NCBI GenBank assembly: GCA_965224025.1
Contig: OZ245033.1
Coordinates: 2,080,001 to 2,144,000, forward strand
Direction of reading: 5' to 3'
Length of the DNA stretch: 64,000 bases
From: Candidatus Multivorans sp.
GTDB taxonomy: Bacteria; Acidobacteriota; Thermoanaerobaculia; Multivoradales; Multivoraceae
The notes beneath the pieces were generated by a model that was given only the letters and a program-made list of their open reading frames with translations, was not told where the DNA came from and searched no databases. Below, piece after piece: positions 20,203 through 30,238 of this stretch. How positions within the stretch are numbered: position 1 is the stretch's first letter; every line of letters starts with the position of its first letter. The translations under genes were made by a program, and so were the position numbers.

Positions 20203-21311
20203 GCGTGCCCACTCACCGTCCTTCGGTGGTCTTCTCCGGTGGTGGAACCGGCGGACACGTGTTCCCCGGCCTGGCCGTGGCCGAGGAACTCCGGCGCCTC
20301 GGTTGGCGCACGGCGTGGATCGGGCGCGGGCGGAGCCTCGAGGAACGGTTGGTTGCCGCGGCGGGGCTCGAGTTCAGAGCGTTGCCGGCGCGGGCGTTCG
20401 TGGATCGCGGCGCCCTGGCGCGAGCCATCGCCCTGGGCGTTCTGGCGTGTTCGACGCTGCGGGCCGCCGTGCTGCTGCGGCGTCTTCGTGCCGCGGTGGT
20501 GTTCGCCACCGGCGGCTTCGCCTGCGCTCCGGCAGCGCTGGCGGCGCGACTGAACGGATCCGGTCTCTACCTGCTCGAACCGAACGCGCGGAGCGGCGCG
20601 GCGAACCGGCTGCTGTCGCGGTTCGCGACGGAGGCGGGGACTGCTTTCGAGTCCGCCGCGAAGCAGTTGGCTTGCGAAGCGCGGCTGGTTGGGGTTCCGG
20701 TACGGCGGGCCTTCCACCGTGTTGGCGAACCGCGGCTCCAGACCGACTGCACGCGGCTGCTGGTGCTCGGCGGCAGCCAGGGCTCGGATGCCCTCAACCG
20801 CGAACTGCCGGGACTGTTCGCTCGGGTCGCCCGGCGGACAGCCATCGACGTAACGCATCAATCGGGACCTTCCGGGGTCGACGACACTCGCGACCGCTAC
20901 CTGGAACTCGCGACGCCGTCGTTTCAGGCCACGATCGAGGGGTTCATCGAGGACACCGCCGGCGCGATGGCGGCTCACGACCTGATCGTCTCGCGGGCGG
21001 GTGCGGTGACGGTGGCCGAGGTGGCCGCGGCCGGCCGGCCGGCGATCTACGTGCCGCTGCCGCTGGCCGCGGGGCACCAGCGCGGCAACGCGCAGGCGAT
21101 GGTCGATGCGGGAGCGGCGATCCTGGTGGAGCAGGACGATCTGCGGGGCGAGGAGGCCGTGGAGCGATGCGAAGAGTTGATCGCGGATCGCGACCGGCTC
21201 TCGTCCATGGCCCGGGCGGCGCGCGCCCACGGCGGAGGGGATGCGGCGCGCGCCGTCGCGGAGCGGGTATGCGCGATCGCTGGCGCCTCCAGGGCCGGAA
21301 GGACGCCCTGA
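20199..21311 (+). CDS. murG: Lipid II GlcNAc transferase
   Basis: GGGTGGHVFPG, GGSQGS, SRAGAVTVAE, HQRGNA. Confidence 0.96.
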   Translation: MSVPTHRPSVVFSGGGTGGHVFPGLAVAEELRRLGWRTAWIGRGRSLEERLVAAAGLEFRALPARAFVDRGALARAIALGVLACSTLRAAVLLRRLRAAVVFATGGFACAPAALAARLNGSGLYLLEPNARSGAANRLLSRFATEAGTAFESAAKQLACEARLVGVPVRRAFHRVGEPRLQTDCTRLLVLGGSQGSDALNRELPGLFARVARRTAIDVTHQSGPSGVDDTRDRYLELATPSFQATIEGFIEDTAGAMAAHDLIVSRAGAVTVAEVAAAGRPAIYVPLPLAAGHQRGNAQAMVDAGAAILVEQDDLRGEEAVERCEELIADRDRLSSMARAARAHGGGDAARAVAERVCAIAGASRAGRTP

Positions 21312-22732
21312 TGCCTCTGTTCCTGCGCACCGCGGGCCTGGAACGGATCCACTTCGTGGGCATCGGTGGCGCCGGAATGAGCGGTATCGCGGAAGTCCTG
21401 CTCAACTACGACCTCGCGATCAGCGGCTCCGATCTGGAGGCGAACGAAACGACACGGCGGCTTGCCGGGCTCGGCGCGGCAGTCTTCGTCGGCCACTCGG
21501 CGGAGAACGTGGGGCAGGCCGACCTGGTCGTCGTTTCCTCGGCGGTCCCCGCCGGCAACGAAGAGGTCGTTGCCGCGCGCCGGCGCGGCGTCCCGATCGT
21601 GCGCAGAGCCCAGATGCTGGCGGAGCTGATGCGACTCAAGTACGGCATCGCCGTGGCGGGTACGCACGGCAAGACGACCACGACGTCGCTCGTGGGCAGC
21701 GTACTGACCGAGGCGGGCCTCGACCCGACCGTCGTCGTCGGCGGCCGGCTCCGGGTGTCCGGCACGGGAGCGCGCCACGGCAAGAGCGACTACCTGGTTG
21801 CCGAGGCGGACGAGTTCGACCGCAGCTTCCTCGATCTGGCGCCGGTGATCGCCGTGATCACGAACATCGATGTCGATCACCTGGACACCTACCGCGACCT
21901 GGCCGACATCAGGGATGCCTTCCTGCGCTTTGCCAGCCGGGTTCCCTTCTTCGGCCGGATCATCGCTTGCGTCGACGACCCGAACGTGCGGGACATGCTG
22001 CCCCGCCTCGCGGACCGACGGATCGTCACCTACGGCTTCGGTTCGCGGGCGGACCTGCGGGCGTCCGGCGCCGAGCCTGTTGCCTCCGGCATGCGCTTCG
22101 AGGTCGTCGATTCGGCCGCGGGCCGTCTCGGCACGCTCGAACTGCCGATGCCCGGTCGACACAACGTCCTCAACGCGCTGGCGGCGGTGGCCTCGGCCCG
22201 CGCCATAGGAGTCGACTTCGAGACGGCCGCTCATGTGCTTTCCGGTTTCTCCGGCGTTCACCGGCGTTTCGAGCGCGTGGGCAGTTGGCGGGGAGCGAGC
22301 GTCGTCGATGACTACGCGCACCACCCGACCGAGGTCGAGGCGACCCTCCGGGCCGCTCGCGAGGTGCTGGATCTCGGGCGGGAAGGGGGGCGGCCGCGTC
22401 GGCTTCACGCCGTGTTTCAGCCTCACCTGTTCAGTCGGACGCGGGACCTGGCGGACGACTTCGGCCGTGCCCTGCTGCTGGCTGACAATGCTCTGGTCAC
22501 CGACATCTATCCGTCTCGTGAGAAGCCGCTTCCCGGCGTGGATGGGAGTCTGGTGGTCGCGGCGGCCGCCGGCCGCGGCCACCCCAGCGTCCGGGGTTGC
22601 GGCCCTTGGCGCATGGCGCCCGAGCGCCTCGGTTCGGCGGTCCGCGAGGGAGACATGATCCTCACTCTCGGGGCCGGGGATATCTTCCGGTTGGCCCGAC
22701 TCCTCGTGGCTGATGGGGAGAACGGAAGATGA
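21311..22732 (+). CDS. murC: UDP-MurNAc-L-alanine ligase
   Basis: HFVGIGGAGMSG, AGTHGKTTTTS, EADEFDRSF, DDYAHHPTE, FQPH. Confidence 0.97.
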   Translation: MPLFLRTAGLERIHFVGIGGAGMSGIAEVLLNYDLAISGSDLEANETTRRLAGLGAAVFVGHSAENVGQADLVVVSSAVPAGNEEVVAARRRGVPIVRRAQMLAELMRLKYGIAVAGTHGKTTTTSLVGSVLTEAGLDPTVVVGGRLRVSGTGARHGKSDYLVAEADEFDRSFLDLAPVIAVITNIDVDHLDTYRDLADIRDAFLRFASRVPFFGRIIACVDDPNVRDMLPRLADRRIVTYGFGSRADLRASGAEPVASGMRFEVVDSAAGRLGTLELPMPGRHNVLNALAAVASARAIGVDFETAAHVLSGFSGVHRRFERVGSWRGASVVDDYAHHPTEVEATLRAAREVLDLGREGGRPRRLHAVFQPHLFSRTRDLADDFGRALLLADNALVTDIYPSREKPLPGVDGSLVVAAAAGRGHPSVRGCGPWRMAPERLGSAVREGDMILTLGAGDIFRLARLLVADGENGR

Positions 22733-23667
22733 GTCGCGGCAGGACCGGGCTACCTCTCGTCGGGCGCCGGACCGTGCGCCGTCGTCGCTCGCGGCCCGTC
22801 GCCTGGTTTGCGATGGGAGTCGGCAAGGTGCTTCTGGGCGTGGCGCCGGCCGTGGCGGTTGGCGTGTGGCTGGCGACGGCGCCTGTGTTCGACCTGAAGC
22901 CCGATATCGGCGTCGAGACAGGGCCGAGGGTGTCCGAGGAGTGGGTGCACGACCGGCTTGCCGGCCTGGTGGGACGCAACCTGCCGATGCTGTCCCTGGA
23001 GGGCGCCGCGGTGCGGCTCGAGCACGAGTGGGTGCGTGAGGCGAAATTGGTGAAGAGGCTGCCGAACCAACTCGACGTGCGGATCGTGGAACACGAGCCG
23101 GCGGCGGTGTTCGAGTCCGGAGATCGGTCGTGGATCCTCGATCGTGACGGCCGGGCGATCGTGGCCTGCGAGCGCGCCGCCGATCTCTGCGACGGCAATG
23201 CGGGCGGAGGCGCCGGGAACACGCTGATTCGAGTGTCGATTCAGAGCGGGCTGCTCGGGGAGCGTGTCTGGGAGAATCCGGCGCGGAATCCGGGTGTCCT
23301 GGGACTCGCTTCAAGGGACGTCTCGGGCGAAGTGCTCGCGCGGACGCTGAAACGGGCGCTCGACGTGGCGACCGAAGTCAGGGCGTTCGAGTGGGGACGG
23401 CAGGTCCGGGCGGTGGAGGTAATCAGCTTCGGGATCGTTGACGACGACTATCTGCTCGAACGAAGCGGCCGGCCGGCGACTGTCCTGGTGCGCGGAAACG
23501 ATCTTACCGCGAAGGGCTCGGTGTTCGAGCTGCTGCAGGTGGCGATCAGGGAACACAGCGATCCCGAGGTCGTCGACCTGCGGTTCAGGGACCGGATCGT
23601 GCTGTCGACGGAAGCGCCGGGCGCCGGCGGTTCGGCCAGCGTGGTGAAGGGTGGAGATCCCTCATAG
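22729..23667 (+). CDS. ftsQ: Cell division protein FtsQ/DivIB
   Basis: Upstream of ftsA; TM helix, POTRA-like WVREAKLVKRLPNQLDVRIVE, C-terminal VDLRFRDRIV. Confidence 0.85.
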   Translation: MSRGRTGLPLVGRRTVRRRRSRPVAWFAMGVGKVLLGVAPAVAVGVWLATAPVFDLKPDIGVETGPRVSEEWVHDRLAGLVGRNLPMLSLEGAAVRLEHEWVREAKLVKRLPNQLDVRIVEHEPAAVFESGDRSWILDRDGRAIVACERAADLCDGNAGGGAGNTLIRVSIQSGLLGERVWENPARNPGVLGLASRDVSGEVLARTLKRALDVATEVRAFEWGRQVRAVEVISFGIVDDDYLLERSGRPATVLVRGNDLTAKGSVFELLQVAIREHSDPEVVDLRFRDRIVLSTEAPGAGGSASVVKGGDPS

Positions 23668-23684
23668 CAGGGGAGGACGAGACG

Positions 23685-24935
23685 ATGCCGAAGACGGACA
23701 CACGTTTCGTAGCCATCGATGTCGGCTCGGCGAAGGTCGCCGTGCTGATCGTCGAGCGCACCGAGATCGACGGGGAGCCCGGCCTGAAGGTCGTGGGGGT
23801 TGGCAAGGCGCCCAACCGCGGCACGCTCAAGGGCCACATCGTGAACGTCGACGCGACGGTCAACTCGCTGCGGCGGGCCACCGAAGAGGCCGAAGCGATG
23901 GCGGGAACCGAGATTTCCCGCGCCTTTGTCGGTGTCGGCGGCAGCGATCTGCGATCCGCGAACAGTCACGGCACGGCCTACATCGACGGCAGCTACCGAG
24001 GCATAGCGCGCGCCGACATCGATCTGGTTCTGAACGCCGCCCGGGACGTGCCGCTTCCTCCCGACCGCGAGATCCTGCACGCGATCCCGCAGGAGTTCGC
24101 GGTCGACGATCACGGGGGCATAGCCGACCCGCAAGGGATGCTGGGAAGCCGTCTCGAGGCCAAGGTTCATTTGGTCATGGGGCATGCACCGCGAACGAAG
24201 ACCCTGGTCCGGTGCCTGAACCAGGCGGGCGTGGAGGCGGCGGAGGTCGTGTTCGAGCCGTTGGCCACGGCGGAAGCGGTCCTGCTTCCCGATGAGCGCG
24301 AACTCGGCGTTCTGATGCTGGAGATCGGATCGGGCACCTGCGGATTCGCGTTCTTCCACCAATCGGAAGTCCAGCACAGCGGCGTCCTTCCGTTCGGCGC
24401 CAGCCACTTCACGGCCGACCTGGCTTCCGTGCTGCGAACCTCGTTCGCCGGCGCTGAAACGCTGAAGCTCCGCGACGGCTCCTGCCTCCCCGGTCTGGTT
24501 GACGGCGCCGAGAGAGTGACCGTGCCGACCGTGGGGGGAGGCGCAAGCCGGACGATCGCGCGGGCGAAGCTTGCCGAGATTCTGCAGGCGCGCGCCGAGG
24601 AAATATTCCATCTCGTTCAGGTCGAGATGGAGAAAGCGGGCTGCGCCGATCAGCTCCGGGGCGGAATCGTCCTCACCGGCGGCGGTTCGAAGCTGGCCGG
24701 TCTTCCCGAACTGGCTCAGCAGTTCTTTTCGTGCGACGCCCGCTACGGAGTGCCGCTCGGTCTCACCAGCGAGATCGAGGGTCTTGCCGATCCGACATGG
24801 GCTACCGCCGCCGGCCTTGTGCGTTACGCCATCGCCGCGGAGCAGGTCCGTCTACCGCTCGTGCGCCAGGGCGCCGTTCGCGGAGTGCGCGGGGTGATGG
24901 GCAGCCTGCGTCAGATGTTCAGCGATCTTCTCTGA
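23685..24935 (+). CDS. ftsA: Cell division protein FtsA
   Basis: AIDVGSAKV, GIVLTGGGSKL, C-terminal amphipathic helix. Confidence 0.95.
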   Translation: MPKTDTRFVAIDVGSAKVAVLIVERTEIDGEPGLKVVGVGKAPNRGTLKGHIVNVDATVNSLRRATEEAEAMAGTEISRAFVGVGGSDLRSANSHGTAYIDGSYRGIARADIDLVLNAARDVPLPPDREILHAIPQEFAVDDHGGIADPQGMLGSRLEAKVHLVMGHAPRTKTLVRCLNQAGVEAAEVVFEPLATAEAVLLPDERELGVLMLEIGSGTCGFAFFHQSEVQHSGVLPFGASHFTADLASVLRTSFAGAETLKLRDGSCLPGLVDGAERVTVPTVGGGASRTIARAKLAEILQARAEEIFHLVQVEMEKAGCADQLRGGIVLTGGGSKLAGLPELAQQFFSCDARYGVPLGLTSEIEGLADPTWATAAGLVRYAIAAEQVRLPLVRQGAVRGVRGVMGSLRQMFSDLL

Positions 24936-24976
24936 TCTTGAGTTACTGAACCGGAGGGTTCGAAAGGGAGAGTGCC

Positions 24977-26257
24977 ATGATTCTGATGGAAGAGCAGGCG
25001 CCGGCCGTGATGGAGCCGACAACCTGTGAGGAGGCTTTAGCCGAGGAGAGCTTCGGTCCGGCCCAGATCAAGGTCGTCGGCGTCGGCGGCGGCGGCGGCA
25101 ATGCCGTCAACCGGATGATTGCCAGCAGCCTGAGCGGCATTGAGTTCATCGCGGCCAACACCGACCTGCAGGCGCTCCGACGCTGCGAGGCGGAAACGAA
25201 GCTGCAGCTCGGCCGCAAGATCACGCGCGGCCTCGGCGCGGGGGCCGACCCGGACATCGGACGCAACTCGGCGCTGGAGGACACGGACAAGATCCTCGAT
25301 GTGCTGGGCGGCGCCGACATGGTCTTCCTGGCGGCGGGGCTCGGCGGCGGAACCGGCTCGGGCGCGGTGCCCATCATCGGTTCCCTGGCGGCCGAGGCCG
25401 GAGCTCTGACCGTGGCGGTGGTCACGAAGCCGTTCGCCTTCGAGGGCCGGCGGCGGATGCTGATCGCGGAGCGCGGTCTGGAAGAGCTGCACAAGGCAGT
25501 CGACACGGTCATCGCGATCCCGAACGAGCGGCTGCTGAGCTTCGTCGATCGGGGTACGTCGCTTTCTGAGGCCTTCCTCACCGCGGACGACGTCCTGCGC
25601 CAGTCGGTTCAGGGCATCAGTGACCTGATCACGATGCCAGGCGAGGTCAACGCCGACTTCGCGGACGTGCGGGCCATCATGTGCGGCCAGGGGATCGCGG
25701 TCATGGGCACGGGCCTGGCGTCGGGCGAGAACCGGGCGCTTGAGGCGGCCCAGCGCGCCGTGTCATCGCCCCTGCTCGAGGACGCCTCGATCGAGGGCGC
25801 CAGGGGCTGCCTGATCAACATCACGGGCGGCAGTTCGCTGACGCTCCACGAGGTAGCCGAAGCGGCCCGCATGGTCACCGAGGCGGTGGACCCGAACGCG
25901 AACATCATCTCCGGTCTGGTGGTCGACGAGACGATGGACGAGGAGATGAAGGTCACCGTGATCGCGACCGGCTTCGCCGAAGATCGGCAGCCTCGGGTGG
26001 ACGGCCTGGAGTCGAAGCCTGAGGGCGTCGGGACGGATGAGGCTGCAGATTCGCCCGAGGGTCTCGCCGCCGCCGGGCAGGCGGCGGCCGCGGCTCTCGA
26101 GGGGGACGCGGCCGAGGACAAGGACGCCGACAAGGCGGGCTTCCGCGATCGCCTGCTCGCCGAGCGCCACAAGATCGATCCGGGCGGTTTCGGCCCGAAT
26201 TGGAGAAACGTGGACGACTACGACATCCCGACGGTGCTGCGCAAGCAGATGGACTGA
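24977..26257 (+). CDS. ftsZ: Cell division protein FtsZ
   Basis: [35 protein letters not shown]-terminal [11 protein letters not shown]. Confidence 0.98.
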   Translation: MILMEEQAPAVMEPTTCEEALAEESFGPAQIKVVGVGGGGGNAVNRMIASSLSGIEFIAANTDLQALRRCEAETKLQLGRKITRGLGAGADPDIGRNSALEDTDKILDVLGGADMVFLAAGLGGGTGSGAVPIIGSLAAEAGALTVAVVTKPFAFEGRRRMLIAERGLEELHKAVDTVIAIPNERLLSFVDRGTSLSEAFLTADDVLRQSVQGISDLITMPGEVNADFADVRAIMCGQGIAVMGTGLASGENRALEAAQRAVSSPLLEDASIEGARGCLINITGGSSLTLHEVAEAARMVTEAVDPNANIISGLVVDETMDEEMKVTVIATGFAEDRQPRVDGLESKPEGVGTDEAADSPEGLAAAGQAAAAALEGDAAEDKDADKAGFRDRLLAERHKIDPGGFGPNWRNVDDYDIPTVLRKQMD

Positions 26258-26591
26258 AGGCCACAAAAGAGCCCCGACGGCCGCGCCCGCTTCTTGGCCA
26301 AGCCGAAGCTCGGAGGTGGTGGACATGGGACAAGGCTACGAGAGTGCTTTCCAATCCTGAAATGAGCGTGAACGGGACCGTCATGAAGAATCGAGTCGGG
26401 TCGGTCTCGGGGTAGTTCTGGGGCGGCAGACGGTTCTGCACCGTCTGCCGCCTACGGTAGCGCCCGCTGCGAGGCCGCGGCGGGTTACGGGCGTTGTGTT
26501 CCGGCCTGGGCCGGTGGTGGCGTGCGGTGTATGGCATCGGGCTGCGCGGTCTGCGGTCAGCACGACGGTGCTGCGCAAGCAGATGGACTGA
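26229..26591 (+). repeat. 29-bp direct repeat of the ftsZ 3' end (26229-26257 and 26563-26591)
   Basis: CGACGGTGCTGCGCAAGCAGATGGACTGA occurs twice identically, 305 bp apart. Confidence 0.93.
26421..26455 (-). repeat. GTAG-type REP-like hairpin, possibly a terminator between convergent ftsZ and argS
   Basis: Perfect 13-bp arms GGCGGCAGACGGT/ACCGTCTGCCGCC with 5-nt loop; minus strand begins GTAG. Confidence 0.6.
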
Positions 26592-26610
26592 GCCGCCGAA
26601 GTGGCCAGAG

Positions 26611-28620
26611 CTACATCCGCTCGGGCAGGGGTACGCCGAGAATCGCGGCGAGCGCCTCAAGCGCTCGCACGAAGATCTGCGTGGCCGCGAGACGCGCGTC
26701 GCGGAGATCGGCCTCCCGCTCGTGCAGGATGGGATGGCGGTGGTAGATGGCGTGGAACTTCTGCGCCAGCTCGACCGCGTGCCTGGCGATCAGGGACAGC
26801 TCCAGCGTGGCGGCGGCGCGCTCGACGGTGTCCTGGCACTGCGAGGCGAGCAGCACCAGGTCCCAGAGGTCGTCGGGCCAGGCCTCGACAGGGAGGTCCG
26901 CGGCTCGTGCTTCGCCGACTGCCTGGGGCAGGCCCTCCTCCGCCAGACGCCGCCGGATGTTCCTGGCGCGCACGATGGAGTACTGCAGGTACGGTCCGGT
27001 CTCGCCCTCGAAGGCCGTGGCTTCATCGATGTCGAAGGCGATCACCCGCGTCGTCGTCGCCCGTGCCATGAAGAAGCGCAGCGCCGCCGTCGCGATCTGG
27101 CGGGCCAGGAGTCCGTCGTCCCGGTCGTCCGTGCCCGCGGTGTCGCCGTCGCCGCGACGGGCGGCGATTTCGGCCCGGCTCTTCGCCTCGAGCTGGTCGA
27201 GCAGGTCGTCCGCCTTGACGCCGATGCCCTTGCGGCCCGACATCTCCAGCACGGCGTCGCCGCTGAAGCCGAGCTGTTCGGCGGTCCGGGCGGACAGGGC
27301 GACCATCTCGTAGGCAAAGTGGATGCTCTCGGCGGCTTCGCGGGCGTGGCCGAGGGCTTCCAGACCGGCGCGGACGATCCGCTGCAGGTACGCCTGGCGG
27401 GCGTCGATCACGTTGATGACCCGGGCGGCCCTGCCGAACGCGGGCGCCTGCTCCGGGCCGCGCCCGGCGCTGGCCGGCGCGGTTTTCCACAGGGGGCCTT
27501 CGCGGCCGGTTCCATCCCCGCGAGTTCCATCCCCGAGAGTTCCATCCCGGCGACCCCTACGAGTTCCATCCCGGAAGAGCTCGTACTCGAAGTCGCGGCC
27601 GAGCAGACCGAACTTCCAGAGCTGATAGGCGATGTCCTTGCCGACGTAGGTCACGGTGCCGTCGGACCGCACGATCACCTTGTCCGGGTCCTCCAGCCCC
27701 TGGAACTCCTGGCTGTCCGAGAGCGGCATGACCCAGCAGCCGGCGTTCTTTCCGGTCTCCTCGAAGCGCACCGCGCCGCTTTGCTTGAGTTGCTTGAAGG
27801 CGGCGACGAAGAAGTCCAGGCGCAGGATCTCGCTTTCCCGCGTCAGGAGGTCGTAATCGATGTCGATGCGACCCATCGTGGCCAGGTGGCGCTTCACGAT
27901 CCGTCGCGCGACCAGGCGGCCGGCGTCCGCCCGCCGGCCCCGGCCCGATTCCAGGGCGTGGAGGGTGCGGCGCCGGAGCTCGAGCCGTTCGGGATTGGTC
28001 TCGAACCAGCGGCCGATCTCGCTGTAGACGTCCCAGCAGGTGTAGTCGAAGGGCTCGGGAAGGGCCTCGATGTCGGCCACGGAGCAGCCCTGGAGATCGA
28101 GGAAGCCGACCACGACATCGGCGACCTGAACTCCGGTATCGTCGATGTAGTTCTGGACTTCGGTGGTGCGCCCGAGGCCGCGGAGCGCTCGCGCCAGGAC
28201 ATCGCCGAGGACGGCGTTGCGCAGGTGGCCTATGTGCGCCGCCTTGTTCGGATTGATGTTCGTGTGCTCGACGATGACCTTGGCGGGCTGATCGGCAGCG
28301 GTGGATGGCGCCACCGGAACCGCGTCGAGCATCGCCGCGGCGAATCCGGTCCTGTCGAGGTGGAAGTTGACGTAGCCCGGGCCTTCGACGGTGATCCGGT
28401 CGAATCCCGGCGGCAGCTCCATTGCCTCGACAAGCCGCTCCGCGATCGCTCGCGGCGCCTGACGGAGTTTGCGCGCGAGGTGAAGGGCGCAGGGGCTCGC
28501 GAGGTCGCCCAGGCGCCGCTGGGGCGGCACTTCGACAGTGGGGTCGTGATCGAGCCCGAAGACGCGAAAGAGGGCGCTTCGCAGCGTGTCGGCGACCAGG
28601 GTTCTCTTGCGCTGCAGCAT
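26611..28620 (-). CDS. argS: Arginine--tRNA ligase
   Basis: EHTNINPNKAAHIGHLRN (HIGH), MSGRKG, FEGETGPYLQY, C-terminal LGVPLPERM; start at ATG 28620. Confidence 0.96.
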   Translation of the reverse strand: MLQRKRTLVADTLRSALFRVFGLDHDPTVEVPPQRRLGDLASPCALHLARKLRQAPRAIAERLVEAMELPPGFDRITVEGPGYVNFHLDRTGFAAAMLDAVPVAPSTAADQPAKVIVEHTNINPNKAAHIGHLRNAVLGDVLARALRGLGRTTEVQNYIDDTGVQVADVVVGFLDLQGCSVADIEALPEPFDYTCWDVYSEIGRWFETNPERLELRRRTLHALESGRGRRADAGRLVARRIVKRHLATMGRIDIDYDLLTRESEILRLDFFVAAFKQLKQSGAVRFEETGKNAGCWVMPLSDSQEFQGLEDPDKVIVRSDGTVTYVGKDIAYQLWKFGLLGRDFEYELFRDGTRRGRRDGTLGDGTRGDGTGREGPLWKTAPASAGRGPEQAPAFGRAARVINVIDARQAYLQRIVRAGLEALGHAREAAESIHFAYEMVALSARTAEQLGFSGDAVLEMSGRKGIGVKADDLLDQLEAKSRAEIAARRGDGDTAGTDDRDDGLLARQIATAALRFFMARATTTRVIAFDIDEATAFEGETGPYLQYSIVRARNIRRRLAEEGLPQAVGEARAADLPVEAWPDDLWDLVLLASQCQDTVERAAATLELSLIARHAVELAQKFHAIYHRHPILHEREADLRDARLAATQIFVRALEALAAILGVPLPERM
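27509..27574 (-). repeat. In-frame degenerate 15-bp tandem repeat inside argS
   Basis: GTTCCATCCC core at 27509, 27524, 27539 and 27563, encoding four DGT units. Confidence 0.85.
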
Positions 28621-28729
28621 CGGAATGCGCAGTCTAGGAGTGTCCGCAGCGTTGTCGCTGCGCTGTCGCGCAGGGAACAGGCAGCGAGTAGCCAACGTTA
28701 CAGCGGCGTCGTGGGTTCATAGAGTTGGC

Positions 28730-28885
28730 CGCGCTGGGCAGCGAGGCCGCGCAGGCACTGGTGTGTTGGCGCCCGACTAGGAGTTTGGCCCGGACCGTGA
28801 TCGGCGCTCTGACGCTGGCGGCGCGGCTTGTGTCGCGACCCCGTATGCAAGATTGAGCTTTTCGCCGCGGTCTCTGCCCAGCGCG
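28730..28885 (+). ncRNA. Candidate IS110 bridge RNA
   Basis: Long closing stem (28730-28751 pairs with 28866-28885); internal ATGCAAG (28845-28851) equals the last 7 nt of the element's right end. Confidence 0.55.
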
Positions 28886-28918
28886 ACGATTGGATTCTAC
28901 ATCTACGGGAGGCAGGGG

Positions 28919-30238
28919 ATGGCAAAGCGGAAGGCGGAGCGTCTGGAAGTCGTTCACCCGGATTGCGCCGGTGTGGACGTAGGCAAGCGCAAGCACTACG
29001 TGGCGGTGGCCCCGTCGCGTTTCGAGCGGCCGGTGCGCAATTTCTCGTCGTTCACGGAGGACCTCGAGGCGATGGCCTCGTGGCTTCAGGAGTGCGGCGT
29101 GCGTGAGGTGGCGCTGGAGTCGACGGGGGTGTACTGGATTCCGGTGTTCGAGGTGCTGGACCGGGCGGGGTTCGAGGTGCATCTGGTGAATCCTCGGGCG
29201 ACCAAGCAGGTGAGTGGCCGCAAGAGTGACGTTCTGGACTGCCAGTGGATCCGGCAGTTGATGAGCTACGGGCTCCTGCGCGGTGCGTTTCGCGCGCCGG
29301 ACGAGTTGTGTCCGCTGCGTTCGTACACGCGGCAGCGCGCCCAGTTGGTCCGCGACCGCAGCCGCGCGGTGCAGCACATCCAGAAGGCTCTGGTGCAGAT
29401 GAACGTGCAGTTGGACAACGTGCTGAGCGACATCATGGGCAAGACCGGCCAGTTGATCGTGCGCGCGATCGTCGCCGGCGAGCGCGACGGCGCGGCGCTG
29501 GCCCGTCACCGGGACGGTCGCTGCAAGGCTGGTCCGGCTGTGATCGCGGCGAGTTTGCAAGGCAACTGGCGAGACGAGCACCTGTTCGCTCTGGGCCAGG
29601 CGCTGGCCCGCTACGACATGCTGCAAGGCCAGATCGAGATGTGCGAGAAGCGCATCGACGCCGAGCTCGACGGCCTGGCCCAAGACGGCGTCGAGGACGC
29701 GCCGCCGCCCGGTTCGAAGGCGCGCGAGCGCGCCCTGCGGAAGCGGCTGCATCGCATGCTCGGCGTGGACCTGGTCGCCATTCCGACGGTCGGCGTCGAA
29801 ACCGCGCTGACCTTCGCCGCTGAGATCGGCCCGGACCTGTCCCGGTTTCCCTCGCAGGGCAACTTCTGCTCGTGGCTGTGTCTGGCTCCACCGACCAACA
29901 TCAGCGGCGACAAACGGCTGAACGGCCCTCCCGTGAAGCAGACCAACCGGGTCGGCCAGGCGCTGCGCCAAGCCGCCACCACAGCCCGCAACAGCAAGAC
30001 CGCCATCGGAGCCTCTCACCGCCGGCGTCTCCAGCACATGGAGAAGGCGAAGGCCATCAAGGCCACCGCTCATCAACTCGGCCGACTGATCTACGCCATG
30101 CTGACCCACGGCGAAGAGTACGTCGAGCGCGACCTCGCCGAAATGGAGGCCGTCCGACGCGAACGACAAATCAGAAACCTGCAGCGTCAGGCCCGCCGCC
30201 TGAATCTGGCTCTCGTGCCGACCGAACATGCCGCCTGA
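28919..30238 (+). CDS. IS110-family DEDD recombinase/transposase
   Basis: GVDVGK, ALESTGVYW, KSDVLDC (DEDD); C-terminal Tnp domain IPTVG..EIGPDLSRF..SWLCLAP..ISG. Confidence 0.96.
   Translation: MAKRKAERLEVVHPDCAGVDVGKRKHYVAVAPSRFERPVRNFSSFTEDLEAMASWLQECGVREVALESTGVYWIPVFEVLDRAGFEVHLVNPRATKQVSGRKSDVLDCQWIRQLMSYGLLRGAFRAPDELCPLRSYTRQRAQLVRDRSRAVQHIQKALVQMNVQLDNVLSDIMGKTGQLIVRAIVAGERDGAALARHRDGRCKAGPAVIAASLQGNWRDEHLFALGQALARYDMLQGQIEMCEKRIDAELDGLAQDGVEDAPPPGSKARERALRKRLHRMLGVDLVAIPTVGVETALTFAAEIGPDLSRFPSQGNFCSWLCLAPPTNISGDKRLNGPPVKQTNRVGQALRQAATTARNSKTAIGASHRRRLQHMEKAKAIKATAHQLGRLIYAMLTHGEEYVERDLAEMEAVRRERQIRNLQRQARRLNLALVPTEHAA

Noticed and set aside
27509-27574. GTTCCATCCCCGCG repeats reminiscent of CRISPR repeat starts
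   Set aside because: In frame within argS, 15-bp period, no spacers.
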